From Mobula birostris (taxonomy: Eukaryota): a DNA stretch of 64,000 nt. The position numbers and the translations under genes were made by a program. Shown here piece by piece: positions 11,600 through 24,985 of the stretch. How positions within the stretch are numbered: position 1 is the first letter of the stretch; each line of letters opens with the position of its first letter. The stretch is taken from NCBI RefSeq assembly GCF_030028105.1, contig NC_092396.1:14033820-14097819 (forward strand), in the 5' to 3' direction. Under the pieces are notes generated by a model. The model saw only the letters and a program-made list of their open reading frames with translations, did not search any database and was not told the DNA's origin.

Positions 11600-14062
11600 A
11601 CATAAGCAGGGGGATGGGAATGGAAGTGATAGGGCTGAGGATGGGGAATTGGTGTACAAGTTAATGCTTTGTGTACTGAGACTGAAAAAGGTCTGGAAGA
11701 TTATAGGACAAATTTGAAGTCAGTTGGATGAGTTAAAGTGTTGCACGGGCAAAATCAAAAAGGATAATGTATACAGGACTGAAAGGTGTTATATTTGAAT
11801 GCACATAGTATACGGAATGATGTAGATCATCTTGTAGCACAGTGAGAGATTGGCAGGTATGACATTGTGGCCGTCACTGAGTTGTGGCTGAAAGAAGACC
11901 ACAGTTTGGAGCTAAGCATCGAAGGATACACATTTTATCAAAAAGACTGGCAGGTAGGCAGGAGGTGGGGTGCCTCTGGTTAAAAAATGAACTTAAATCC
12001 ATAGAAAGAGGTGACATAGGATCAGAAGATGTAGAATCCTTGTGGGTAGAGTTAAGAATCTGCAAGGGTAAAAAGATCATGATGGGTGTTGGATACAGGT
12101 CCCTGAACAGTAGCCAGGATGTGGGATATAAATTTCAAAGAGAAATAGAAAAGAAATGTAAAAAGGGCGATGTTACAATAGTCATGGAGGATTTCAATGT
12201 GCAGGCAGATTGGGAAAATCATGTTGATGCTGGATCCCAAGAGAGGTAATTTATAGAATGCTACAAGATGGCCTTTTAGAGCAGCTTGTGGTTGAGCCCA
12301 CTAGAGAAAAGGCAATTCTGGATTGGCTGTTGTGTAATGAACCAGATTTGATTAGGGAGCTTTAGGTAAAACAACCCTTAGGAGGCAGTGATCATAATAT
12401 GATAGAATTTACCTTGTATGTTGAGAGGGAGAAGACAAAATCAGATGTATCGGTATTACAGTGGAGTAAAGGGAATTACAGATGCATGAGAGAGGAGTTG
12501 GCCAAAGTAGATTGGAAGGGGACACTATCAGGGATGATGGCAGAACAGCAATGGGTGGAGTTTCTGTGGGCAATTCAGAAGGAACAGGATATATACATTC
12601 CAAAGTTGAAGAAGTATGCTAAAGGGAGGATGAGGCAACTGTGGCTGACAAGGGAAGTCGAGGACAGCAGATAAGCAAAAGAGTGGGCATATAATATAGC
12701 AAAAATTGGTGAGAAGTTAGAGGTTTGGGAAGCTTTTAAAAACCTTTGGAGGCCATTAAAAACATAGGGAAAGAACAAATGAAACATTGGAGTGAAAAGA
12801 TGAAGTATTAAGGTAAGCTAACCAGAAATTTAGAAGAATGAAGGGGGACCTCATAGAAACATTTCGAATGTTGCAAGGCATGGACAGAGTGGATGTGACA
12901 AAGTTGTTTCCCATGATGGGGGAGCCTAGTACGAGAGGGCATGACTTAAGGATTGAAGGGCGCCCATTCAGAACAGAGATGCGAAGAAATTTTTTTAGCC
13001 AGAGGGTGGTGAATCTATGGAATTTGTTGCCACGGGCAACAGTGGACGCCAAGTCATTGGGTGTATTTAAGGCAGAGATTGACAGGTATCTGAGTAGCCA
13101 GGGCATCAAAGGTTAAGGTGAGAAAGTGGGGGAGTGGGACTAAATGGGAGAATGGATCAGCTCATGATAAAGTGGCGGAGCAGACTCGATGGGCCAAATG
13201 GCTGACTTCTGCTCCTTTGTCTTATGGTCTAAATATCAAGGAGGATAGCAAAAGTTTTTTGAGATATATGAAGAGTAAAAGAGAGGCGCTGTCTATTTTC
13301 TAAATGGGGAGAAAATTGAAAAGTCAGAAGTGCAAAGGGACTTGGGAGTCCTTGTGCAGGATTCCCTGTAGGTTAACTTGTCAGTTGTTTCAGTGGAAAG
13401 GAAGGCAAATGCAATGTTAACATTCATTTCGAGAAGATTACTATACAAGTGCAAGGATATGATGCTGAGGCTTTCTAAAGCACTGGTCTGACCACAGTTG
13501 GAGTACTGTGAGCAGTTTTGGGCTCTTTAACTAAGAAAAGGTGTGCTGGCATTGGAGAGGATCCTGAGGAGGTTCATGAGAGTGATTCCAGGAATGAAAA
13601 TGTTAATATTTGAAGCATTTAATGGCTCTGGGCCTGTATTTGCTAGAGTTTAGAAAAATGAAGGGGGTGGGATCTCATTGAAATCTATTAAATATTTGAA
13701 GACCTAGATAGAGTGGATGTAGAGAAAATGTTTTCTGTCGTGGCCTAGTCTAGAACCAGAGGACACAGGCTCAGATTAGAGGGACATCCATTTATAACAG
13801 AAATGAGGAGGAATTTCTTGAGCCAAAGTGTGGTAAACCTGTGGAATTCATTGCACGGACAGCTGTAGAAGCCAAGTTATTGAGTATATTTAAGGTGGAA
13901 GTTGATAGGTTCTTGGTAAGTCAGGGCATCAAAGATTACAAGGAAAAGGCAGGAGAATGGGGTTGAAACAGATATTAAATCAGCAATGATGGAATGACAG
14001 AGCAGACCCAATGAGCTGAGTGATCTGATTCTGCTCCAATGTCCTACAGCCTTATGGTCTTC
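11600..14062 (+). mobile_element. CR1 LINE: APE endonuclease region plus 3' end; RT core deleted at ~13287; younger CR1 nested at ~12826-13230
   Basis: YDIVAVTELWL, VESLWVEL, GVGYRS, MEDFN (endonuclease); abrupt jump to the 3' ORF2 region; CR1 tail CTTATGGTCTT. Confidence 0.9.
12826..13230 (+). mobile_element. Younger CR1 3' fragment nested in CR1
   Basis: MKGDLIETFRML.GMDRVDV...RGHDL...FFSQRVVNLWNLLP plus tail; host frame resumes at AAATATCAAGGAGGAT. Confidence 0.85.
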
Positions 14063-14144
14063 AACAGTGATTCTTTATATGGGAACTCCTTCAGCTGCAC
14101 TTCATAGGATATGTTTCAGTTTGTATCCTAATTCTACCTATTGG

Positions 14145-14312
14145 ATACAATAGGGTCTTTTAAGAGAGTCTTAGATAGGTTCATGCAGCTTAGGAAAATA
14201 AAGGGCTATGTGGTAGGCTGATTCTAGTCAGTTTCTAGAGTAAGTTACATGGTCAGCACAACATTGTGGGCCGAAGGGCCTGTAATGTGCTGTAGATTTT
14301 TGTGTTCTATGT
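14145..14312 (+). mobile_element. CR1-type 3' tail fragment
   Basis: GGGCCGAAGGGCCTGTAATGTGCTGTAG...GTTCTATG tail. Confidence 0.65.
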
Positions 14313-14549
14313 TGTACCTGGTGAACATAAAGTAAATCAAATAACAGTCTCAGCACCTTGTGAGTATGTAAGATTAAGTGAAGCTGTGATCACTATTGGA
14401 GAACTCCTCCAGGAAAGGGTCATCTGGGTCTTGGGAAAGCAGCAGTTCTCCAAAGAGCTTTCAGGAAGCTTTTTTCCTTTTTTTCAGTGCTCCTCTGTGT
14501 CTGGACCCAAACCTGTTTATAAGTGGCAGTTTTTCCCTGATGAAGGCAT

Positions 14550-14820
14550 CGCAGCATGTCAGAGTACATTTATTATCAAAGTATGTATACTGTATACAAC
14601 CTTGAGATTCATGTTCTTGCAGGCAGGCACAAAACAAAGAAATACAATAGAGCCCATGTTCTTAAAAAAACCCACACCACAAAGACCATCAAACACCCAA
14701 TCTGTGTTTTAAAAAAAAACATGCAAGCAATGAACAAGTAAACAAATAACACACAGAACATGATGTGCAGAATCCCTGAAAGTGAGTCTGCAGCTATGGA
14801 GCCAGTTCAGTGCCGAGGCA
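14550..14820 (-). mobile_element. Rex1-like 3' tail
   Basis: TTTATTATCAAAGTATGTATAC...ACAACCTTGAGATTC is the reverse complement of the Rex tail. Confidence 0.6.
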
Positions 14821-15469
14821 GACACATCGCTTTAGAATTTCATCAATTTATGTAATCAATCACCATGTACCTTATCATTCCATTTAAATACCTTGTATAC
14901 TAAAAAAATCTATTTGTTAAAATGGGCACAATTTCAGACCTATGACACTTGTCTCATCAGCACTTGTCTGACCATCCTTTCCAGCTATTCTCTGTGGGCA
15001 CTATGGGCATAGAGTATTAAAATTAGGTGTTCAGATAGGGAATTTTCTACTAATCCTGCTCCAGATATCTGTCAAGATGTAAGTTTGCTCCCACAAAGTA
15101 TTATAACAGAACCTATGTTTTATCAGAAATAATACTGTAAAGGATGTCATGTTCTGTCAGTGCAGATCTTGTAGATCTCGGCACCTATCTCACAGTCCGC
15201 AGTCTCTGGGTTTGAAACTTCAACTTCCTCTTAAAGCCATATTTGGTCCCTCAGTGACTGTTGGTGGGAGGATGAATCTTGAGCTACCTTCCTCTGGAAC
15301 CTGGGCAGACAGCAACTTTCTTCTTCCCAGTGCTGATAAAGAGTCTCCACCAAGAAATACTAGCTCTGGTTCTCTTTCCATGTATACTGCCTAGCCTACA
15401 GTTTCCAATATTTTCTGTTTTTGTTTCAGAATTTTAGCATCAGAATTTCTTAGATTTTTGACTTTTTCT

Positions 15470-16015
15470 TCAATAAATTTATTGTCAAAGTACATAAGTG
15501 TCATTATATACAACCCTGAGATTCATTTTCCTGTGGGCATACTCAATAAATTTAATAACCTTAACAGAATAAATGAAAGACTGTACCTACTATGTATTTA
15601 ACCAGTGTGCAGAAGACTACAAACTGTGCAAGCACAAAAAGGAGATAATAATAATTAAATAAGCAATAAGTATTGAGAATATGAGATGGATTCCTTGAAA
15701 GTGAGTCTATAGGTTGTGAGAACATTTCAGTGATGGGCGAGTGAAGTTGAGTGAATTTATACCCTGTGGTTTAAGAACCTGGTGGTTGAAGGGTAATAAC
15801 TATTCCTGAACCTGGTGGTGCTGAGGTCCCTGTACCTTCATCCTAGTGGCAGCAGTGAGAAGAGAGCATAACCTAGGTGGTGGGGATCCATGACAATGGA
15901 TGCTGCTTTCCTGTGACAAAGCTCCAGGTAGGTGTGCTCAGTAATGGGGAGGGCTTTACCCATGATGGACTGGGCCGTATCCAGTACTTTTTGTAGAATT
16001 TTCCATTCAAGGGCT
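15470..16015 (-). mobile_element. Rex1-like LINE 3' end
   Basis: Reverse complement of the 54380-54815 region (TTCCTGAACCTGGTGGTG, GGATGCTGCTTTCCTGTGAC). Confidence 0.8.
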
Positions 16016-17452
16016 TAATCAACTTTGCCTCCAACTTTCACCCTACCCTCAAATTTACTTGGTCCATTTCAGACACCTCCCTCCCCTTTCTCACTCTTTC
16101 TGTCTGTATCTCTGGAGACAGCTTATCCACTGATACCTTTTATAAATCCACTGATTCTCACAGCTACCTGGACTATACCTCTTCCTACCCTGCTACTTGT
16201 AAAAATGTCATGCTCTTTTCTCAATTCCTCTGTCTCTGCTGCATCTGCTCTCAGGATGAGGCTTTTCATTCCAGAACTAAGGAGATGTCCTCATTCTTCC
16301 AAGACAGTGGCTTCCCTTCCTCCACCATCAACGCTGCCCTCAACCAAATCTCTTGTATTTCGCGAAAGTCTGCCCTCACCCAATCCTCCCGCCACCCCAC
16401 CAGAGATAGGATTCCTCTTGTCCTCACCTACCACCCCACCAGCCTCCGCATCCAGCACATAATTCTCTGTAATTTCCATCATCTACAACGGGATCCCACC
16501 ACCAGGCACCTTTCCCTCTTCCCTCTTCCCCCGCCCCCCCACTTTCTGCTTTCCACAGGGATCGCTCCCTATGCGACTCCCTTGTCCACTGGTCCCTCCC
16601 CACTGATATCCTTCCTGGCACTTATCCTTGCAAGTGGAATAAGTGCTAACCTGCCCCTACACCACTCCTTTCACTACCACTCAGGGCCCCAAACAGTCCT
16701 TCCAGGTGAGATGACATTTCACCCGTGAGTCTGTTGGGGTCATCTACTGTATCCGGTGCTCCTGGTGTGATCTCTTGTGTATCGGTGAGATCCAGTGTAA
16801 TCTGGGAGACTGCTTCATGGAGCACCTGCACACTGTCTGCCGGAAAAAACTGGATCTCCCAGTGGCCACCCATTTTAATTCTACTTCCCATTCTCATTTT
16901 GACCAGTCAGTTCACAACCTCCTCTACTGCCATGATGAGGCCACACTCACATTGGAGGAGCAACACCTTATAATCCAAATGGGTAGTCTCCAGCCTGATG
17001 GCATGAACATCGATTTCTTGAATTTCTGATAAAGCCCCCCCTTTCCAACTTCATTCCTCATTCCTATTTCCCTCTCTCACCTTATCTCCTTACCTGCCTA
17101 TCACCTCTCTATGGTGCTCCTCCCCCTTCCCTTTCTTCCATGGTTTTCTGTCATCTCCTATCAGATTCCTCCTTCTCCAGCTCTTTATCTCTTGAACTAA
17201 TTGACTTCCAAGCTCTTTACTTCACCTCTCCCCCTCTCTCAGTTTCACCTATCACCTACTACTTTGTATTTCTTCCTCTGCTCCCCCCTCCATCTTCTTA
17301 CTTGACTTCACTTCACTTCCCCCCGTCCTGATTAAGTGTCTTGGTCCAAAACGTCGACTGTTTACTCTTTCCATAGATGCTACCCGACCTGCTGAGTTCC
17401 TCCAACATTTTATGTGTTGCTTGGATCTCCAGCATCTGTAGATTTTGTTTGT
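16016..17452 (+). mobile_element. Penelope-like element, 5'-truncated: RT thumb, GIY-YIG endonuclease and terminal repeat
   Basis: SQFL...ICSQDEAFH...GFP...RIPLVLTYHP; VIYCIRCS.CDLLCIGEIQCNLGDCFMEH (GIY-YIG); LPVATHFN; EEQHLI..MGSLQPDGMNIDF; degenerate HHR ~17324-17359. Confidence 0.9.
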
Positions 17453-19697
17453 GATTAAGCTATTCCATATCCTTTCATAGTTGGAGTCTGCCAAGCAGTA
17501 TAAATTGAGACTAAACTGGCGGCTAAAAGCAGGTTTGAAGGTTTATTCATGAAGATTATTATGTGTAGAAGTGTCATAAAAGCTCAATATTTATAACATC
17601 TCAGTAAACACTGACAGGTTCCTGTGCTGTAACTCAATGATGGGTTCATTTGTACAATACAATTCTCTCATCCCAGGTTGTCTTTCTACTAACATACACC
17701 AACTGGAGTTTGTGTTCGTAAGTCAACAGATCCATGAAAAATATGAAACTCTTAAGATGGCATTTTTGCCAATGGGGAACCTGATACCTTCTGGGATCCC
17801 TTTGGATCTCTGACTGGAGCCATGCACCAGATATCAGTGTTAACAGCAATCTGGTGCATTCAGTCTACAAAGAAATTCTTTGATAGAGTGTTCTATCCAG
17901 TGGCTTTAGTGAGAGGAGCCTCGTATCTTGTGAATTGAGTTGTAGAACAAAGAATAAACTGTTATACTCATATTATTTCCAGCAAATATTAACCAGGAGA
18001 TTTATTACTGTGAACAAATTGTATTGTAAACTTATGTTATGCTTTTAGTCTTAATGTGATTTTTGACCCTGTGGATTATGCTGCTGTAACTTTGACCTGA
18101 TGAAAGCCGGCGCACATTCAGTCAAATCTGGGTTTGTTCATTCATGGCAGTGTTTGATCAAGGTTTGCTTCTGAGAGGCTGGGGCTGTTTGGTAAAAGGA
18201 AATTTGCAATGTTTGAGGTTGATTGAATTCCATTTTATTTTGGTCATTTTGGGAGGGGCTTGCTTATATACTTGAGTTAGTACATCTTGGAGCAAGTTTG
18301 CTTCCCAGTATTGCCACTGTTTCCTATTACTTGACAAATTTTCTATCCATGCTACTCCTGCCCTCTTTATTTTATGGCCTCTCAGTTTCAATTTTGCACT
18401 TTTACAAATATCTTACAAAAAAGCTATATACCATATCAACCTTTTTTCTCTCATCTATTACACTATTAAAACAAAAGTTCTATCAAGTTGGTTTGACATG
18501 ATTTCCCTTCATCAAGTCAGTGGCTTCCAGAAACTCATTAGTATAATTTTGCTCAGTGAGCAAAAGGTGCAAGAATGAGCTCTAAGGAAATTAGAAAACC
18601 CCAAGTTTGGAGTCTTGTTCAGTGCTGGATTAGCTAGAGGGTTGCTGTTGTTATCCACTGTACCCAGAGTCCAAGAAAGTAAAAAAAGATATTCAAAGTG
18701 CTCTATTGAAATTGTGTACTTGTGTAAACACTTTGGGCTAGGACAGAATTGAGATGAAATGTCATCCTACTCATGCTCAACTGAAGAGCTTTTGGCTGAC
18801 ATGATACTTGGCCATGTTTATAACAACACTTCAACAGTACTTAGAGAACAATACGCAAATGAGTCTTAATCTCCTCTGCAGTTTAAAATGAATGAACTCC
18901 GCATGTAAAGTGGAGAATGATGTGACCAGAACCATTGTCTGAAGATATTTCTCCCTAATAAAGAGTGGCCATTATCCGGGGCTAATGGGTATATTACCAA
19001 TGAAACAATCTTTGGAGATTTTCGGGATGAAGATTCTGTATAGGAAATTGTACGTTTATTCCCATGGAAGGAAAAATATTTTTACATCTGTATTTTTGTA
19101 CTCTTTTAGAAATCATTTTTGGTTCTACTATTTTCTCATAAAGACATGTTTGAGAAAATAGAAAATTCAAAAGTAATCTAAGATGGGTCAGAATTAACAT
19201 ACCCTGTTAAAACTACAACAAATAGGATTAGTTCAGATTGGATTCCAGGAGGAATATAAATCTCCAGCATTTTAGGAGAGAAAAAAAATGAGGAAAATGC
19301 TGAAAAAAAGAAATCTGTGCATAATTTATTCCTTTGTAAATAATACTTGTACAGAATTAAAATGTTGAAAGAGCAAACATAGTGGGCTAAGAGATTAGCA
19401 ACTAGACAAATAATTTACAAATAGAATTTGATATTGTTATGCGTGAGATTTCTTCAATTGGTAAACACGATGTGAATTTTAATCATTTCTGATTCAATTA
19501 ATCCCAAGAGGTACCCAAATTTGATGCCTGATTAGTACAAAGGGATGGTACTACGTTAGGACTGCTGACTCACAGATGAGATTCTGCTGTCAGGTCTGTG
19601 TAAATGATCTCAAAAGCTATTTGAAAATGAACAGGAGTATTCTTTCTGGTATCCCTAAATGATAACTGTCTTTCAATCAATATTCTTAAAAACACAT

Positions 19698-20255
19698 TAA
19701 CACAAGAAATTCTGCAGATGCTGGAAATCCAGAGTAACAACACAAAATAATGGAGGAACTCAGCAGGTCAAGTTGCATGGAGGGGAATAAGTGTCGATAT
19801 TTTGGACCTCAACCTCTCATCAGGACTATGGTGACTAACAGGACCTGAGAGAAGAGGTGGGTCAGAGAAATACTGGAAATTAGAGAAATCAATGTTCTTG
19901 CTATTAAGTTGGAGACAACCCAGCCATAATATGAAGTGTTGTTCGTCTGCCCTGAGTGTGGTCTCATTGTGGCAGTAAAGGAGAGCTTGGACCGACACGC
20001 TAGAATGGGAAGTAATAATGGAATTGGTAGCCACTAGAAATCCCATCTTTTGTGAAGGTGCACAATGAAACGGTCCCCCATTCTACCTCAAGTTTCTTCA
20101 TTGTATAGGAGGCTACACCAGAAGCACCAGATATAATAGATGACCCAGAGAGGCTCGCAGGTGAAGTGGTACCTCACCTGGAAGGACTGTTTGGGACCCT
20201 GAAAGGCGGTGAGGGAAGAGGTGCAGGAGCAGGTGAAACACTGACACACATGCAG
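19698..20255 (-). mobile_element. Penelope-like element fragment (GIY-YIG and pLTR)
   Basis: QGPKQSFQVRYHFTCEPLWVIYYIWC..CSLLYNEET; EQHFILWLGCLQLNSKNIDFSNF; degenerate HHR ~19790-19827. Confidence 0.85.
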
Positions 20256-20549
20256 GGATACATGCCTGAAGTGGGGAACAAAGCATGGAAGCTTGCAAAG
20301 AAGAATTCCAGTGACTAGCCCAAGCATTTGAAAGCATAATCACTAGTGATGGTGTGATTCAAAGTGGAGATTTGTAATAAGCCAAGAATGGAGATGCACA
20401 CATTTTATATGTTCGGAGGACTGAAAGATTCATCCTTAAATGAAGTTGAACATTTGGAGCTGTAACATTAATGCTTTACTAGTCTGTATGCTCTATGCTT
20501 CCTAGTTAATACCACAAGTTGACAACTGGGGTGGAACTTTGCTTTCAGA

Positions 20550-20770
20550 GACTCCTTGGTTAATGTGTCATTTGTTTACTTTTTATTATTCACACAATTT
20601 GTTCTTTTTTCACACCTTGGGTGTTTGATGGTCTTTGTTGTGTGGGTTTTTTCTTTAAATGGGTTCTATTGCATTTGTTTGTTTTGTGACTGCCTGCAAG
20701 AAGATGAATCTCAGGGCTGTATACTGTACACAGTACATACTTTGGTAGTAAATGTACTTTGAACTTTGAA
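20550..20770 (+). mobile_element. Rex1-like 3' tail
   Basis: GAATCTCAGGGCTGTATA...TACTTTGAACTTTGAA tail. Confidence 0.65.
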
Positions 20771-21780
20771 TATGGTTTTCAAATTGTAACAGGAAAGTCA
20801 GAAGTGCTTTCCTGAACTAATTTTTACAACCTTTTACAATATGCAGCACATGAAGGTCAACAAACCAAATAATCTGGTCCGTATGGTTCCTTGCTGTTGG
20901 TTTTTGAACTTGTGTGGTAAATATCTAGTATAGTGGAACAAATAATTTTAGGACTATGGGTAGGTATTTGTGTGCTTCTGTGATCACAGATGTATAAGTA
21001 ACAAGAATTTATAAAATTGTGCATAGTGGATTTCAAACATAATTCACTCTCATTTAGAAGCTTCAATTTGTATCTACAGATACATATTAGATTGCCCTTG
21101 TGGAATTGTATAGAATCAAATTCTGTAACTGATGGCTAATTAGTTGCCAAAATATCAAGTATAATAAGCGGTATCTTCAGGACTCCTTTAGAAATTAAAG
21201 AAATTATATAAATATCAATATAATTCCAAATATAATTCCAAATACTTGAGACCACCTACTATTTTAGAAATATATGCTGGATTATGTAATGCGACAATCT
21301 GTCAAGGCCTTTTCAACAGCAAGTCGCAAACCTGTGGACCTCTAGTTTCCAGGAGGAAAGGGCAGCAGGCATGTGAGAGATCAGTATCAAGTTTTCACCC
21401 AATTTACAAATTGTTCTAACTTGAAGTTTTCACTGTTCCTTTATTATCATTGGGTCTAGATTTTAGAATTCATATTATATCAATATGTATTGGGCTTGAA
21501 ATGTTCTCCACACCTTATGAATGAATAAAAACAATCTGTCAACATCTATAAAGGGGAAAGCAAGCTAATCTTCAAAATGGAGATTTTCATTGCATGTGAT
21601 TATCTAAAATATTGAATTGAACCATATGTCCAAATAGGTGGTTCCTAAATTTGAAAATCATGCCTTACTGTACCCAACGTAATACTCTAAACCCTCCATA
21701 ATTAACAATTTTTCCCATTAAACATTGATGATTAAGTATCTCTTATTTTTATTTAGATTTTAATTTTGAAAGTCTTTCTG

Positions 21781-22086
21781 CAGGGCCGGCTGGTGGCGCA
21801 ATGACATCAGCGCCGGACCCGAGAACGAACGGAGGTTCCTGGGTTCAAAACCAGTCGGGTCCGCCCCTGAGTACGCTTTCCATCTGTGCTGGGTTGAGTG
21901 TCGAGATCGCAACTCGACCTTGTAAAATAAAAAGGGGAAAATACTCGAAAATGTCTGTGTGAGGAGTGGCGCGTCACACAGTCTCTCTCTCTTGCACTGC
22001 GCCTTGTAAAAAGCCATGAAAAAGACATCACGGGTGCACACACACAGACGCGCACGCACGCACGCAGGCACACGCCAAGAAAAAAA
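21781..22086 (+). mobile_element. Young tRNA-derived SINE with A-rich tail
   Basis: Pol III A box TGGCGCAATGAC and B box GGTTCAAAACC; CpG-rich; perfect 13 bp TSD GAAAGTCTTTCTG (21768-21780 / 22087-22099). Confidence 0.9.
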
Positions 22087-22429
22087 GAAAGTCTTTCTGT
22101 CTCTGTGAGAAGATTTTGATTATGGTTCCATAGTGTTCATAATATACTGGAAATCATGGATCAGGAAATGATATTGAATCTTCATTTACTGAAACCAACT
22201 TCCACAAAATTTGTGTCTTGATTGGAGAATATATGGACTAGAAATATAGAAAATGGAGCATTTGTTCTCCACATACCAATGCAATAAAAATGGGTAATGG
22301 AAGTCAGAAAACCATTAGATACATCATGGCTGATATATTTCCGGGCCTTAATGAATATTGATTCATTGTGGTTCATTCTTACCTTATCTATGATAATCTT
22401 TCAATTTCTGTCTCGAAAATAAAGAGGAA

Positions 22430-22745
22430 CTTTTTTTGTCAGATGTATATCGAAACATAGATCGAAATGGGTAGTTGGTGTCAAATGAAAACAGGGAGGA
22501 ATGTGCTGGGGTCAGCCCAAAAGTGTCACCATGCTTCTGGTTCCAGTATACCATGCCCACAAATTACTAACCTTTACCATAGATATTTAGACTGTAGAGG
22601 AAACTGGAGCACCCAGAGGAAACCCATACAGTCATGGGGATAATGTACCAACTCCTTACAGACAGCAATGGAAATCGAACCCCAATTAGTAATCGCTGGT
22701 CCTGAAAAGCAATTGAACTAACCGCTACATTACCATGCCGCCAAT
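22430..22745 (-). mobile_element. V-SINE (HE1-like)
   Basis: V-domain reverse complement GGAGCACCCAGAGGAAACCCA; B box ATCGAACCC. Confidence 0.75.
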
Positions 22746-23769
22746 GTCATTTTCATTTGATTCAGTATTCAGAGCCTTCTGATCAAAGAATTCCAAATTC
22801 TCAGGTCAAGCAAATATTAAAATTTGTCTCCAACTATGGAGGTAATTTGGCATGATACATATCATCAATTTGATTATAAATTTATAACTATTTAAAGTAA
22901 ATTGAAATAAAAGAGTGAATTATTGATGGATTTAGAACCAAGACTCATTGTTCAAGATAGCGTTAAAACTAATATGAAAAATATATGCAGACTCATAAAA
23001 CTCTGCGTTTAAATATGCACATTGTCAAATAAAGTGAAGATTGAAAGAATGTTCTGAGGTCATCACAAAGTTAAATTGTTGAAGTGATTTCCACACAGCA
23101 AAAATGTTGTGGGAAGGAAATTGCAGATTGAAATATTTGGTTTTAGAAAGAATGAAAGAAAGTTCAGAGAAAGTAGTCTAGACGAAATAGAAAGAGATTG
23201 AAGAGGAAAACCCAAGGAGAAATTGTTGGTGAAAAAATGGTTCACTTTTTTATTTCTCTAATTATGCAAGAAATATTAGATAATGCTTTATTTTGCTTAT
23301 CTGAAGGTTAGACCCATGAATGTCTTTCCTTTTCCAGTAGGAATCAGTACCACCATTTGTTTACCCATATTTGTGATCAGGTTAATAGGTAAATGGAAAA
23401 CAGGATCATAAGCAGGACAGATCCACATGACTTCAATACCGTGACTTATTATTTAAAACTGTTTGAAAGAAGTTTCAGCTTAAAAACTGTAGATTTATTT
23501 TGAAGGTTTGACATCAGGTCAAACATTATTGTGAATAGGCTTGATTACTCAAATTTTCTATTAAAATATTTTGCAAACAAAATGAATGACTGCCAATTTA
23601 GTTTGCATCTCAATGAGAGGGCATTATTGTCTGCAACAAGAGAGAAAGTCGTCTTTGTAAATTATGTTTTTTATTGCCTTATTAGGAAATATGATACTAC
23701 TTACACACTTCCTCAGCACTGTGGGGCAGCGTCATCATGGATTATCTGGTTAGAACATTATGAACTCTG

Positions 23770-24985
23770 AAATTTGAAACAGCTGTAGGCCATTCACCAT
23801 TCATACCTGCTTTGCCATTCACTAAGACCAGTTTGATTTTCCTGCAATAACCCCATATCCCTCGATTACTTTAATAACAAAATTCTATCCATATTTGTCT
23901 CGAATATACTCAATGACTAAGCATCCAGCCTCTCTTAGGCAAAGAGTACTGATGATTCATTATCCTCTGATTGGAGAAATTGCTTCTCTTCTCAAATATG
24001 AATGGCTAACCCCATTATTTTGGAATTGTTCTCGATGTGCCACCGTTGGAGAATTTTGTCTGTGCATCTATCCTCTCAAAAAAATGAGTGAGATCATTTT
24101 ACATATTTTTAAACTCTGGCGAGCACAGGTACAGTCTTTTTATCTTTCCTTGAAGACAACCACCACTTCTCTCTATAATTTTGCCCCTCTGTCCACCATC
24201 CCAGGAATCAATATGGTTTGTCTTTGTTGTATTCCTTGCATTAAAATATATTTATTCTTTCTGGGGTATTAAAACCAGTCCTAAGCATAATATTGCAGAT
24301 AAGATCTTATAGAGCCTAATGATCTAGCAAAAAGTTATTTCTATTATTGCACTCAAATCCTCTTGCAATAAAGGTAAACCTCTGGTGATCTGTGTGCTAA
24401 CAGCACACTTGTTAATTTTAAAAACAAAACCACTTTTTTATGTTTTCTACCTACATTGTATATCCTCCTCCTTGTCCACACTCCCATTCAACTTTGTGTC
24501 ATCAACAGAGTTGGATATTTTATGCATAATTTCTTCATTCTTGTTTAATGAGGGTGTCAAAGGTTACAAGGAAAAGGCAGGAGAATGGGGTTGAATGGAT
24601 TAATAAATCAGCCATGATGGGATGGTGGAGCAGACTTGATGGGCCAAATCACCTAATTCTGCTCCTATGTCTCATGGTCTTAAGGTCTCATTCAAATCAA
24701 CAGTTCATATTATAAACCGTGAGGCTCCAGTACTGATCTCTGCAACATCCCACTACTCATAGACCACTAACTCAAAATAAAATGGGTTGTTTATTTGTAC
24801 ATTGCTCTCTGTATATTGACCAGTCCGGTATTTATAAGACCATAAGATATAGGAGCAGAAGTAGGCCATTCGGCCCATCGAGTCTGCTCCACCATTCAAT
24901 CATGGGCTGATCCAATTCTTCCAGTCATCCCACTCCCCTGCCTTCTCCCCATACCCTTTGATGCCCTGGCTAATCAAGAACCTTA
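23770..24985. mobile_element. Cluster of CR1 fragments: old minus-strand copy, plus-strand tail 24540-24685, minus-strand tail 24835-24985
   Basis: CR1 3' tails: ...GCTCCTATGTCTCATGGTCTT and AAGACCATAAGATATAGGAGCAGAA. Confidence 0.75.

Noticed and set aside
14309-14335. ATG TTG TAC CTG GTG AAC (MLYLVN) resembles the DeltaNp63/p73 start
   Set aside because: Stops after 8 codons, the ATG overlaps a CR1 tail, and it lies upstream of the TA exons; the true exon 3' is at 48060
21790-21855. tRNA gene
   Set aside because: A and B boxes are present but there is no cloverleaf; it is the head of a TSD-flanked SINE
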